Assembly (NCBI GenBank): GCA_020184695.1
Contig: JAANOX010000266.1
Location: forward strand, 1 to 64,000
Reading direction: 5' to 3'
Source of the DNA: Histomonas meleagridis 2922-C6/04-290x
Taxonomy: Eukaryota > Protista > Parabasalia
Length of the DNA: 64,000 bases
Each line of letters begins with the position of its first letter. Positions within the stretch are counted from its first letter, which is position 1. Below, piece by piece: positions 9,670 through 23,125 of the stretch. The notes below the pieces were generated by a model. It was given only the letters and a program-made list of their open reading frames with translations, was not told the origin of the DNA and did not search any database. A program made the position numbers and the translations under genes.

Positions 9670-11025
9670 ATGTTTTTTGCGCTTGTTCTTCAACTTATAA
9701 GTGCATCCGAAACTAACGATTTGTTAACTGGCGTTTCGTTAACGAAATACTTAAAAAAACATGAAAAAACTATTTTATTTGTAACAAATACCAAAGAATC
9801 TGACTTAAGTTTTGCTTCAGAAGCAATCCACAGATATGCAGAACAAATTGGCTTTGCTAAGACTTCAGAAGATCAAGTCCCTTCTGAGTTGTGCAAAGAT
9901 TATCCATGCATAATTCCATTCCAACGTAAAAAGCCATTCAAAACATTTGCTGCTCCAAAAGAACCTGAGCCTTTTGCAAACTGGGTTGCAAATGTTATCA
10001 ATCCAACATTTTACAAAGTTGTTTCATCATCACAATTAAATCTTCTTCTTGATAATCCTACACCATTATTAATTTCAGTTGACAATCCAGAAATTCAAGA
10101 AAGCGCAGATAATTTAACAATAAATATGGTTACAAGTGATCTTCTTCGTCAAAATAACATCAATCTTGAAAAAGGTTATTATATCTACAGACCATCAGAC
10201 AACACATTTGTACCATACAATGGGTCTTTTGTTGAAGAATCCAAAACAAATTTAATCCACTATAGTTTAATTCCAAAAGATTCCAAAAAACTTGTTGCTG
10301 GATATCTTATCAATGAAACAAATAACGATTATTATCAAAGGTTAAATAACATATCATCTAAATATGGCAATCAATTTTTGTTTACAATCATCAAACTTGA
10401 AGATTCCAAAGAATTCCTCAAAAACTCAAGACTAACATCAGTTCCATCACCTTATTTCTTTGTAATTAATATGACCGACATGAAATATGAAAGATATCTT
10501 CTTACAAACGAAAGTCAGAACTATGTTGAAGACATCGGACACTTTTTGAGTGAAATCACCTCAAAAAGTGTCACCCCGACGGTTATTTCAGAGAACATTA
10601 CAGAGACATATGGCGACAAAGCGACAATTAAAAACATCAATGCAAACAACTTTAAGGAATATGTTTATGATGATTCACATGATACTGTTGTAGTTTTTAC
10701 TGCTGAAGATTGTCGGTTTTGTAAGATCTATAATAAGATCTTTTCGAAAATCGCATCATTCTTAAGCAGTACATATGTATATATTTATATGTTCGATACA
10801 TCTAAAAATGATATACCAAAAGGAGTCCCTGAGCTTGAGAGTTATCCTTACGTCGTAATGTGGCCCGCCGGAAAAAAGGATCAGCCAAATGTCTTCGACA
10901 GCTCAAACTTAAGCGATATACTTCTGTTCATTAAGACTTGCGCAACACATAAATTCGAGGAAAAGCCAAAACTGGTGAAGTTTATTGATGAAAAAGTGTC
11001 ATCTTTTTTCAAAAAAGCTAAATAA
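9670..11025 (+). CDS. Secretory thioredoxin/PDI-like protein
   Basis: Signal-peptide-like start MFFALVLQLISA; C-terminal thioredoxin fold VVVFTAEDCRFCK (CxxC), FDTSKNDIP, YPYVVMWPAGKK. Confidence 0.75.
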   Translation: MFFALVLQLISASETNDLLTGVSLTKYLKKHEKTILFVTNTKESDLSFASEAIHRYAEQIGFAKTSEDQVPSELCKDYPCIIPFQRKKPFKTFAAPKEPEPFANWVANVINPTFYKVVSSSQLNLLLDNPTPLLISVDNPEIQESADNLTINMVTSDLLRQNNINLEKGYYIYRPSDNTFVPYNGSFVEESKTNLIHYSLIPKDSKKLVAGYLINETNNDYYQRLNNISSKYGNQFLFTIIKLEDSKEFLKNSRLTSVPSPYFFVINMTDMKYERYLLTNESQNYVEDIGHFLSEITSKSVTPTVISENITETYGDKATIKNINANNFKEYVYDDSHDTVVVFTAEDCRFCKIYNKIFSKIASFLSSTYVYIYMFDTSKNDIPKGVPELESYPYVVMWPAGKKDQPNVFDSSNLSDILLFIKTCATHKFEEKPKLVKFIDEKVSSFFKKAK

Positions 11026-11833
11026 ATTATATTTTTTAAGATATGTTTCATGATGTAATACAATTGTAAGTAAAATGTGAAATAGAACAAGAAAAGGAAA
11101 TTTATATTTTGATGGACATCTTTTAGCAAGGACATCTCACTGGCAAAAAGTAAAATATTTCGTGAGTCAACTGAATTTATATGCGTATGTGGTTTTAAAA
11201 ATTACTTAATGATTCATTTTGTAAATTTAATAAATTTGATGAATCTCAGTTGATAATTATAGTAAAACATGTTAGAAATTTTGTTTATGCAATAAGGTTG
11301 AGAGCTGTACTTATTGTGGCACCTGGCTCAATTACCAAATTATATCCGACAAAATTTAAATTAAGATTTTACCGGATACTGCTAAACAAACTTTAAATTT
11401 TTACAAAGTCAAAGAGATGGAAAACATGTGTTTTTGAATGTAGTCTTAATAAAGAAAATCAACAGCAATAAGAGTGAGCAGTAACTGTTAGAAGAACTTA
11501 CTCTTAGAAATAATAGTACCAAAGGTAATGTAAACAGATTCTAATTGTTAAGTATCCATTCATATTCAGAGTGCACTCTTATGCATAAGCTTAAACTTGA
11601 ATTTATTCCTAAAGTATCTTGAAGTCAAATTGAGTGTTCATATGTTGATCCATGAATTTTCGGAAAAGATAGTAAACGATTGAAACAATTGGTTTTATCA
11701 CAGTGGTTCTAGTCAACAATAATGTGTTGTCGTTTAGTCCCTAATGTTTCTCGATGAACAAGGACTTGTTCAAATGCCGATAGAAATTTCAGATCACTTT
11801 TGATAAAAGCGTCAAAACCTCCGTAAACCGCAG

Positions 11834-13636
11834 ATGGCAAGCAAGGAGAAGACGATCCTATCCTTTGCAAAGAAAGATCTCACCAAAATCCCACCCATCA
11901 ACACAAAATCAGAGATCAAGATATTGAATCTTTCACATAACCAATTAGCAAACTTTGAAGGATTTAAGCCGATCAAAGGTTTAAAAACACTTTCGGTTGA
12001 TTTTAATCCAAGGCTTGTGTCCTTCAAGGGAATTCAAATACTGGATGAACTCACCGAATTTTCTTGCAAAATGACTCCTCTCGGTGAAAATCCAAATATT
12101 TCCATAATGGCATTAATTCTTTTTGGTAACTCATTAGCCAAAGTCAATGGAGCTCCAGTTACAGCTGCAATGAAAAACCAAGCTGATCTTATTCGACTTT
12201 ATGCAGTTGATTATCTTGAAGAAGGTTGGATTATCACTAACACATATCCACTAAAAATGATGAATTCTATAACACGAGAGCGCCGAACAATTTACTATGA
12301 TAAGAACAAAAAACCTGTTGAGATTGATCTTCCAACAATTGATGAAATCATGTCACGTAAAAGTGGCAGCATCAGGAAAACAAAGAAGTATAAGCCAATA
12401 CCGCCCGAGGAATATAAGCCCGAAGAGGAAGAAGAAGACGAGAAAACGCAAGAATATCGCGAAAAATTCAATCAATTCCACGATGACTATTTGAAAGGTT
12501 TAAATAGCCGTTCGACGGTTCTTCCGCCCACCCCGAAGACCGTTAAGCCACAACAAGAAAATTTCAAAGCTACGCTTCGTATGAGCAAAGGCAAAGCTGT
12601 AGCAAAGACAAAGCTTTCGCCAACACCAAAAGTTAAAAATAATGAGAAGAGTAGTAAGAATGCTGAATCAAATCAATCCACAAGCGAAATGAAGAAAGCT
12701 GAAAGTTCGTCACGTGCATCAATGGAGTCTTCAGACAACGAAGAAATTGTTGTTGACGCTAAAATGCCTGATTCACACTATAACGAATCGACGAAATCAG
12801 AAGCAAAAGACAAAACAAACGAAGAACCAAAACACGAACAAATAGAAAAAGAAGAAAATGAAAAAGAAAATTCTTCTGCAGAAGCAAACGTAATTCATGA
12901 AGCTGAAATTAAAGAAGAAAGTGAACATGAAGTTAAAGATGACAAACAAAAAGAAGATAAGGAAGAGGGCGAACACGAAAACGAAAACGAAAACGAAGAT
13001 AATGAACATGAAATTAAAGAAGAAAATGAAAGTGAAGTCGAAAAAGAAGAAATTGAAAACGAAGTCAAAAATTCAGAAACTTCGTCTGACATATTGAATG
13101 ATTTACACGAAGAAACGATAAATGAACCAATTCTTGCAAATGAAGAAGAAAAAGAAAATTCAGCTACAGAAGAAATAAAAGACGAAAACAAAGAAACACA
13201 AAATGATGAAAACGTCGAAATGAAAGAAGAAAAAGAGAATGAAGTTCATGAAGAAAAAGAAAACGAAGAAAAGCAAAGCGAAAAAGAAGATAATGGAAAT
13301 GAAATTAAAGAAGAAATCAAAGAAGATGAAATTAAAGAAGAAATCAAAGAAGAAAACGAAAAAGAAGAAAAAGATTCTTCTGAAATATTGAATGATTTAC
13401 ACGAGGAACCGTTAAAGGACGACACTTTTGAAGAAAACGCTGAGAATAAACAAGAAGAAATAACAAATGCAAAAGAAAATATAGATGATGATGACGATGA
13501 TGCATTAAACGATCTTTTAGAAACTATGAGTTTGGGCTCATCAAATGATGGCGATATTGGAACAATCGAAAATACTGAAAACGCTGAACTAGATTCCGAT
13601 GTTAACGATATTCTGAACGAAATTGGTTCTGAATAA
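11834..13636 (+). CDS. Protein with N-terminal LRRs and long Glu-rich low-complexity tail
   Basis: IKILNLSHNQLANFEG, LKTLSVDFNP; internal repeated unit SSDILNDLHEE/SSEILNDLHEE and EIKEE repeats; 600-aa intact ORF. Confidence 0.8.
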   Translation: MASKEKTILSFAKKDLTKIPPINTKSEIKILNLSHNQLANFEGFKPIKGLKTLSVDFNPRLVSFKGIQILDELTEFSCKMTPLGENPNISIMALILFGNSLAKVNGAPVTAAMKNQADLIRLYAVDYLEEGWIITNTYPLKMMNSITRERRTIYYDKNKKPVEIDLPTIDEIMSRKSGSIRKTKKYKPIPPEEYKPEEEEEDEKTQEYREKFNQFHDDYLKGLNSRSTVLPPTPKTVKPQQENFKATLRMSKGKAVAKTKLSPTPKVKNNEKSSKNAESNQSTSEMKKAESSSRASMESSDNEEIVVDAKMPDSHYNESTKSEAKDKTNEEPKHEQIEKEENEKENSSAEANVIHEAEIKEESEHEVKDDKQKEDKEEGEHENENENEDNEHEIKEENESEVEKEEIENEVKNSETSSDILNDLHEETINEPILANEEEKENSATEEIKDENKETQNDENVEMKEEKENEVHEEKENEEKQSEKEDNGNEIKEEIKEDEIKEEIKEENEKEEKDSSEILNDLHEEPLKDDTFEENAENKQEEITNAKENIDDDDDDALNDLLETMSLGSSNDGDIGTIENTENAELDSDVNDILNEIGSE

Positions 13637-13861
13637 ATTGTTTCATAAATTTAGATATCAATAAACATGGAAATGAAATTTCATAAATTAAGTGAATACC
13701 ATCAATAATTTATTGTGTTTTTCTTTCTCATTGTTATACCAAATGAAAGTGGTCTTATGAAAAATGCATTTTGTTGTTGTGGAAGATGGCAAATTATACT
13801 CTGAAAAAGCTAAAATTTCAAAACTTTACTTTATCTATCTGGAAAATTCTCCAAAAAATTT

Positions 13862-14794
13862 ATGGAAGTTCCTTCAGATTTACCATTTTCTTCTGCTCGA
13901 TTTATTGATACGTACAATTTTAGGAAGTATTATACTAATCATGATGAAGGTGAAAAAACAGGAAGAGTAATTGTATTAAATGAACTTACTTTCCCTGTTT
14001 GTATTATTGACATTGATTTTGAGAATCAAGAAGAATCTTACAAAGATAATTTTATATCTCAGCTTTTACCTCTTTTACCAAAAAATACAGTTGTAGTTCA
14101 AACAGCACATAAAGGATTACACATTTACTCACAACACAAACTATATTTAAAAACAAATAGATTCATTAAAGTACAAAAGAGTCCAACATTCGACGTTGAT
14201 TTTTTCATTTCTGGAATAATCGAAAAGAAAAGTTGTTTAGTTTGTCCACCAACACGAGTAATTGATAAAGAAACTGGTGAAGAGTTACAATACAAATTTA
14301 TTCTTAATGATTTTAATGTTCCTGATCTTCCAAATGTCGATGAAGTAATTCATGCGCTTGAAACAATCACAGACATGACGCCATTAAAGAATTTTATGGA
14401 TAAACATCGAAACCCACCACCTGTCAAAATTCGAGTTGAGCCATTTTTCGTCAACAAAATTTTTGCCGATGCGATTGTTGATGGAATTTGCGGATTTGAT
14501 ATTGTCGATGATCCCGAATTGGATATAACCAAAGGCGTATCCATTCAATATGTTTTCCAAGCGCTAAATTCGATGATTGATATGCGCAATGTAACGAAAA
14601 ATGATATCGAAAGATATTACAAACAAATATTTGATAATAATAAAATATCTGACAATTTGCGAAATAATTATAATAAAATTAGAGAAGAATACGCAAACAA
14701 AAAAACGAAATGGAATTTCGCTGTAAAAATTTTGAAGTTATATCGAAAAGATTTTTACAAAGGAAAAATTATTCCGCTAACAAAAGCAAAATAA
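13862..14794 (+). CDS. Stand-alone primase-polymerase (AEP, prim-pol type) domain protein
   Basis: Motif I CIIDID (DxD), motif II VVQTAHKGLHIY, motif III DVDFF followed by LVCPPT; helical C-terminal region resembling a primase C-terminal domain; no helicase. Confidence 0.75.
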   Translation: MEVPSDLPFSSARFIDTYNFRKYYTNHDEGEKTGRVIVLNELTFPVCIIDIDFENQEESYKDNFISQLLPLLPKNTVVVQTAHKGLHIYSQHKLYLKTNRFIKVQKSPTFDVDFFISGIIEKKSCLVCPPTRVIDKETGEELQYKFILNDFNVPDLPNVDEVIHALETITDMTPLKNFMDKHRNPPPVKIRVEPFFVNKIFADAIVDGICGFDIVDDPELDITKGVSIQYVFQALNSMIDMRNVTKNDIERYYKQIFDNNKISDNLRNNYNKIREEYANKKTKWNFAVKILKLYRKDFYKGKIIPLTKAK

Positions 14795-15257
14795 ACTGCA
14801 GTTGAATATAGTTTTAAATAAAAATTTCACTATAATGTAATAACGTTATCATGTGTTATTCAGATGCATCTATAAATGAGAACATAAAGAAATAAAAGAT
14901 TTGATTTTTTTTGCACTGTTTATATCGTATTTCCTTTCAAAATCATTTTGTCTTTTGTACAGTCAACATCCATAAATCTCGGTTTGTTTATTATTTTCTT
15001 CTGAAACAATCGTGATCTTAAGTTATATTATGATTTTATTAAAATTTCCATGTTTAATTTGACGCAAATTGATCAAAAACTCCAAAAAAAGTGAAATCTA
15101 TGTGAAAACTGAGTAGCAAACAAATTTTTATCAGTTGATGATAATTAATTGATTGCAATTTAGGCAAAAAATACTTTAATATTAGTCGAAATGAAAAAAG
15201 TGAAGAATAAAGTTCCTTTCTTAAGGTTATGTGAAGTGACATTAATAAAATAACTTT

Positions 15258-18200
15258 TTGAGTAAGGCCTTCCGTTTTCATTATCAAATGAAACAAAAAA
15301 TTGCATCAGACAAAATAGATTGTGAGTTTCAACACAATAAATATAGGGAAATAAAGTTTTATCAACGAAGAGAAGTAATAGAATCACTTAAAGTAGAAAT
15401 TGGTTATCCTCAATTTTTGATTGCAACTTCATCACCTCAATTTTGTGATTCACCACGCAACATAATTCGTGAAGTTATACGAAGGGAGAATTATAGCATA
15501 TGTTGTGATACAAATTACTTTAAATTATTTGTAAATTTTGAAATTCTTAGCAATTTTCGTAATTTTTCAATTTTTCGGAGTAAGCATAGACAAAAAATCA
15601 AACATTTTCATTTTCTTAATATACCACCTGCCAAGTCTGAAAGTTTTAAAGAAAATTTATCACCAAATAATGTCATGTCCCTATTAAAAAATTATATAAA
15701 TTGTAATAATAAACAACAACTAAAATCAGAAAGTGTCACCACAAATCATAATATTTCAATTGAGCAATTTCGAAATGCCAATATTAGCATTCCGATTTCT
15801 TATGATTTTTCGCATCCAATTTCATCATGGAAACTTCCATGTGACGATATTCCGTGTAGCATGTGTAGTAGTAACACGTGTTTATTTGTATTTACATCCA
15901 AAAATCGCTTAAAAGTGTTTAAAATTTATAATGGAGCAATCATTGATGAACTCATCAGACCATATGTTTTAACAAGATTAGGTGTTGATTTAGATACAAA
16001 AATATTTTGTTCTTATTCGTATTTATATATTAAAACTAAAACGAATGTTTATAAAGTTCATTTATCAGTTATTGAAAAGAATGATTTTCAACCAATTGAA
16101 GTCACACAAGAAGAATATAAAAACATTGTAGCAGCAAGTTCAGATGGAACAACGCATTTGCTTTTTCATGAGAATAATACAATTACATTTGTTAATGATA
16201 AAATAACAAAAAATTTCAAATTTCCATTTAAAGATATTTTTAAAAAAGATAATAAAGATTTAATATATTTAACTAATGGAATGGTACTATCTGTTATTAA
16301 CAAAAAAGGAAATACTATTGTTACTTCTTTATTTGATGGAACAAATACAACAAATGATAATACTTTTAAAGATTTAAGTTGCGATATAGAATTAGCAACA
16401 ATTAATTCATATCATGAGGCTATATTTATTGTAACAAAAGTTAATGATCAATATATAATATCTTCTTATTCTTGTAAAGGTTCTACAAATGTTTTATTAA
16501 ACGATTCTTATTTTGATCAAAATATTAATGAATCTTTTGATAAAATTTTATTTTATAAAATGCTAAATTTATCTTTTTCACATTCAATTCCTGAAAAATT
16601 AACTTTTGAAGATGAGGATCAATTAATAGAATTCACTAAATTAATAATAAAAATTAATCCCAAAAATGATATTTTTAAAGGACTTCTTCTTTATTTAGAT
16701 TTAAATTTAACAAAAATTCATAGTGAAATAGCAGCAAAAATTATTAAAGAGTTTTTAATAGATTGTTTTCATAAATGTGATAAAAAAATGAAAAATTTGA
16801 TTTTTGGTGTTATTATAAATAATGTTGATTTATTTTATGAATATCAAACAACTGAATTTATTGATCTCATAAAAGAAATAACATCAAATAACACATATTC
16901 TTCTTATTTAGATTGGTTTCTTAGACAATTTTGGCATTCATCACTTTCATCTAAAATAACTATTGATTCCAAATTCATGGAAAATTTATTTGGATCAAAT
17001 TGGCCAAGTGAATCATCATTAGAAAAATGTTATTTATTTGATTATGTTTTAATTTGTCAAGAAAATTTAATAGATTTAGCTGCAGTAATCATTGAAGAAG
17101 ATCCAATGGATTTAAATAATTCATTTGTTATTGATAATATATGTACACATATTAAAATGTTATATGAAGAATTTTCTAAATGGTTAAATAATCTTATTCT
17201 TTCAAAGAAAGAAATTGATGATGATTCGATTATTTATACATTATTTGTTAATTTTGTTTCGCTTTCTTCTCCTTTACTTTCTTCATATAAAATAGAAAAT
17301 GATGTAATAAATTTAAATGCACAAAATATAATAAAAATGTTTGAACAAATTGATTTCGATATATATAAATTAGATTTCGTATTCTTTTTGATAAATTTCA
17401 CTTTTGCTTTATCATATTTAATTCGTGGAGGAGGAATTTATCAATGTGAGTTAGATTATTCATGGTTAATACAAACTAATTATGAAAAGGCTAATATTGA
17501 TACTAAAATACTTGGATTTAATGGTAATAATTTTAATGATTTAATAAAAAACCAAAAAATTCTTCAATTCATTGAAAATGATTCTGATCAATTAACGAAA
17601 TATATTCAAACAAAATTTAGAAAATTTAATTTAAAATCAATGAAATGGATCAAAAAAGTTCTAATTTCAGTTGTATTACATCAAACGAATCTTTTTGATT
17701 TTTTCCAAAATGAAATTTCTAATGATAATATCACTAAAGAAATGAGAGCTATTTTTTCATGGGTATTAAAAGAAAGTAATTATTTTATACGTATTAAACA
17801 AAGTGGTGATGTAACAAATATGAATCAGATCTTAATTAATATTCTTATATTGATTGAACTTAATCCATCTTTAACTGATTATATGACAAATCCAAATCAA
17901 CAAGAAAACTATTTAAGAAATATTAGTATTTTTATACATAATAATGATCCTAATTTATTTATTCAAGTATTACAAATATTACCAAAACGAATCAAAGGTA
18001 TAATGCACGGATTCAAAATTATAGAACAAACTATTCAAAACTTAACTAATCAAAATTTTCATTGTTTAGTAATAGATGGAATATTAAAAGTAGAATCATT
18101 TCAAAGACTTGATTATTTATTATCATTAAAAGAACTTAATGATAAAGAATTAACAATATTAAAAATATTCACTGAATTTTTGATGGATACAATTAATACT

Positions 18201-21200
18201 CAAAATACATTTTCAAGTTTAGAAGCGTTATATACTATTCTTGGCACATGTAAAAGTTTACATAATTTAGCAATTGAAATAATGAACAGATTACGAAAAT
18301 ATCTTTCACGAGAAAACAAATCAATATTATATACTATTGTTGGGTTAGCAATAGAAACAAATACAATTTTAGAAGATATATACGATAAAGATAATTTATA
18401 TTATTTTAAACAAATTAGTTTTCATTTATCAGAAGAAATATATAAGAAATGTGATGCTAAATCAATTCTTGATAAAATATTTAATAATAAACATTGGTCA
18501 TTATATAAATCTCATATAAAACTTCTTTTTGATATATTAAAGAATCAAACAACATTAAATCCAGAACAATGTTTTCATTATTTGGATGAAATAATGAAAA
18601 TTGATCCAAAATTAACAGAATGTTATTATATAATGCCTACGTTTACACAATTTATTTATTCATTTCGAAATCTTTTAAATCAAGAATCAGAAATATCGGA
18701 AATGACTAAAGCAATGATTTATTCAATTACAAATGAATCTTCAATAAATGAAATTATACTTCTCTTTTCAATTATAGCCGCTGATGGAGCCGAACTTGAT
18801 GAAATTTTTGGGTTTAGAAATGAAGATGGAAATTGGATAAGTATTGAAGAATTTGATTTTAAATGTGAAAAAGTACCAATTACTTCATTAACTGAACCTA
18901 TTCCTTTTGAAGGAAAAAAGATTTATGGAACAATTCAAGGAGAAGAACTTAAAATAGAGAACTCAATAGACTTTGATTCTATTATATCATTTTGGGATAT
19001 TTGTATGAATCATGAAAACACATTTTTAAATAAGTTATATATACAAGCATTAATTCGTTATATTTCAGAAAAAAAGATTTTTCAAAATATTAAAAATATT
19101 AATCAAATTGCTTTAACAGCAAAACCATTTACTGATTATTATATGTATTGTTATAAGAAAAATATTATGAAATATAATTTCTCTTGTAATATTTTGATTG
19201 ATGAAGATGATATTTTTGGAAGAATTCAACAAAATAATTTATGTCATATATTTACAGATAAACTTACAAAACATGAATGGTTCTATTTAGATGTTTTCTT
19301 ATATGGTAAAGGTTATATAATTCTTAAGAATAAAAGTAATGTATACATAGAATTGCCATCAGGAAAAATATGTGGAACAAACAAAAAAATTAACTTTACT
19401 AAAAGTAATTTTATGTTTGAGTATGATTTGATTTCAAAGATAAAAAAATTACTATTAATAAACTTGAGTTTTATGCTGATAATGAAACAATTCTTGAATT
19501 TGTTACTCTGAATTTCGATTTATTTTTATTTGAAATCAGAAAATCAGAAAAAATTATCCAAAACGTTAATTATAAAACAACAAAATATTATAATAACATT
19601 GCTATTGATAAAAAAATACCAATAAATGAATTAGAAATCGATAGAGAAAAATATAATTCATTATATTTCGAAAAGGAAGATTTAATACAATTTGATTTTA
19701 CTCAAAAAATTGTTTTATCAAAAAATGCACTTAAAATAGTACAAAGAAATTATGAAATCGAAATGTTCAATCAATTAAAAAGTGTTTTAATTGCATTAAC
19801 TATATTATATAATAATAAATCGATGAATGATGCAATCCAATTATCGTTTATCCAATCTGCAGTTATATCACTTATTGGATCAGAAAGAACACAAATTAAA
19901 AATGAAGAATTCCCTTATAATCTAGATTTAGGATTCTTTCATTATTGTTCTAGTGGTTTACTTCAGAACAAAAACTTCCAACTTATATTTCTTGCAACTA
20001 ATAAACTCATTAAATCGAAAGAATTTATGGATTCGTTAGGAAAAGAACTCATAAAAATGGCCGGTGATTATAGATATCATAATTTATATTATAAAAGAGA
20101 TTTAATATTCATATCAACCAAAGATTTAGAAAAATTCCAGCCAAAAGAAAATGATTATGTTATAACATTCTCTAATGGTTCGAAAGGAATAATTAAAACA
20201 GATAATAGTGGAGTATGGATTATTGATACACCAATAGTATTTTTATTATTATTATGGATTTATATTGAATATTGTTCGACTTCAGAACATCGAATTTATG
20301 CAAAACTTGCACTAATTGATTGTTGGATTATAGATTCGCCAATGATAAAGAAGTTTTTTCCTGAATTTCTTTCATATATTCAACGGAAATTAGATTTTAC
20401 TCCTAATGATTATAGTCAGATTTATATTGATCATTTAGCATATCTTGCATCAAATAATTCAAACAATGAACAAATTAAAGTTTTTTTGGAAGTCGAAAAA
20501 GAACAAATGAGTTTGAAGATATTTAATGAGAACTGTTTTGATAAAAATGGCGTTTTAGATATAGAACAATTAAAAATAAACATGACTCCGAATATTTTGT
20601 ATCATATAATTCATTTAATGAAACATTATGATAATTTAGATAATTTTCCAGATTATTATTTTTATCCAATATTTGAATCATTAATAAAATGTCCAAATTA
20701 CAAATTATGTAAAAAATCAATTTTTGAAATTAAAAATAATTGTATAAAAATTTCTAACCCAACTAAAACAAAAGTTTTATATATAATAACATTTATAAGT
20801 TCAAATAAACTTCAATTTAAATTATCTAATGATGAAAATGATATTGAAAAAGGAGAACAAATTTCATTCGAAACAATAAATAAAAAACAAATTATTAAAT
20901 ATGTTTTGGATCAAAATAAAATAAAATATATTTATTGGCATAAAAACAAAATAGATAAAATTGATATTAAAACATATGTCCTTAAAAATTATGAAGAAAT
21001 TGAATTCGAAAATTGTATTCAAAACTTCGCATTAAATTGGAAAGATGAAAATAATGATGAATTACTTTATCAAACAACATCATTTGATATAACAGAAGAA
21101 AATTTTGAAACATTAAAATTTAAGACATATGAAATGAACGAATTAATCGAAAAATTTGGAGTTATTACTGTACAATGTAAAGCATTTTGTATATATCTTA

Positions 21201-22438
21201 TTAATTATTTATTTAATCATTGTAAAGATAAAGAAATTTTAAGAATTATAAAAGAAAATTCAAATTTGTTGCAATATAAAATTCGATTTCCTGTTTTCCA
21301 AATTTCAAGGGAAATTGATCCTAAGAAGCGAATATTATATCAAATGTTTATGCGACATAAAATTATTTTCGACATAAACAAAGCGTTAGATTATGCAACT
21401 GGTAATTCTAATAATATAAATGATAGTATGATATATCAATTCTCTAAAAATGTTGAACAATATGCAAAACGTTATCAATTCCCTATTTGGGGAATTGGAT
21501 ATAAAAATAACAAAGCATTTGATACTGGTGGAGTTACATATCAAACAATAATGATGGCAACTGAATCATTTTTAAATATTAAAACAGGTTTATGTATAAT
21601 TTCACCTAATTTTATTGGCTCCAAAGTTTATGAATTAATTCCTTATCCAACAAATCCAAATAAAGAAATAGAAAAAAAGTTTTACGCATTTGGCATTATT
21701 TTAGGTTCTATTATTCGATTATCTTTACCACAAAACATTCGATTTCCGAATTTTGTATGGAAATATTTATCAGGGAAACAAATAACAATGAATGATATAT
21801 ATGAAAATGACATACGATTAAAAGATAAAATTATTGACATGAAGAATAGCGACTTAACAAAATATAAATATTATTGGATATATAATGATTGGGATAATTC
21901 GCTTAAATCTATAGATGGTTTTCCTTCCGATAAACCAATTGAGAAAGAATTCGTTGATGTATATGAAAGAATTGTTATTAGTTTAAGAATTAAATCAATT
22001 GAAAAATGGCTTTTATTAATAAGAAATGGATTTTGGGCAAATCAATCAATAAATGATTCAAAGTTATTAAGTAATGGTTTAATTAAATATTTATGTCAAG
22101 TGGATATAATTGATAAAAAAGGAATTATTGAACATTTGAAATTTAATGATGGAAATGAAGAAGTAAAAAATTTATTTATAAATGTTTTGCAAGATTTTGA
22201 TCACGAAATGATGAAAAAATTCTTGATTTTTACTATCGCACAGCCTTCGCATCCGAATTTTAATGATTTCCCGAATTTTGCGATTAACGTGAATTTTACA
22301 AATAAATCTCTGGTGTTTTACCCTGAAGCAGCAACTTGTACACAAACAATATACCTGCCAAAATATAAAACAATAAATGCCATGAAAAGTAAAATGGAAT
22401 TTGCAATAACAAAATGTTTGGAAATGGAAAATGAATAA
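15258..22438 (+). CDS. Very large HECT E3 ubiquitin ligase (~2390 aa), split into two ORFs near 19405-19448
   Basis: C-terminal HECT motifs (DTGGV, AFGIILG, FPNFVWKYL, FLIFT, PEAATCTQTIYLPKY); the second frame is open from 19427, overlapping the first ORF, so both are one gene. Confidence 0.8.
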
Positions 22439-23125
22439 AATTGTAACTATTTTAATATAACATATTATTCTGTTATATTTTTACAAAAGTTTTAAATTGG
22501 TTATTCCAAAAATTTATGAAAAGAAATGATAATTTTTATAGTTCGTGTTCAGATGAATTCTTTTAATTTATGTCATTTTTTATATCATTGAGCTCCTTAT
22601 CTAATTCTTATCAATTACCACCTTATAAATAAAAAATTAACTTCATATTAAAATGATTAGTTGTCTTATTATCTTTTATAATTTAAATTTAACATTATTA
22701 TTATATGGGATTCAAAAAACTTTTACCAATCACGAGATCTCCATTATTCGTGATATTAATATTTACTATTATTAGTTCTAAATATTTATTGAATTTGGAC
22801 TTCTGTATTAAACCTTAAATCTCAAAAAAGCAATTTGAAATTTTGGAGAAGCAAAATTCGGTAAAGATAATTTTATTGTATGGAATGTGTTTACTTATTT
22901 ATTTATATTTTTTAAAATATAGTTCAATGGAAAATAAAAAAAATTGATTTTCTGATTTGAAACGAAAGTTTATTTGGATGACATTTTCACAGCTGTTTTG
23001 AATGTGATCACATTTATATGTTTTTTTTTGAATGGTTTATCAATAACTTCAATTGAAAAACAATGTCGTTCACGAACAGAAACATCGGCTCTTATTCAAC
23101 GGTTTAAAAAAATCCCCCAACTCAA

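Noticed and set aside
11030-11830. Possible decayed gene or ncRNA in the 800-bp gap of the housekeeping block
   Set aside because: All frames have stops and no motif or stable structure was recognisable
603-13191. Many short antisense or alternate-frame ORFs overlapping real genes (e.g. 603-878, 5450-5797, 12895-13191)
   Set aside because: Shadow ORFs of codon-biased or low-complexity coding sequence with no recognisable motifs
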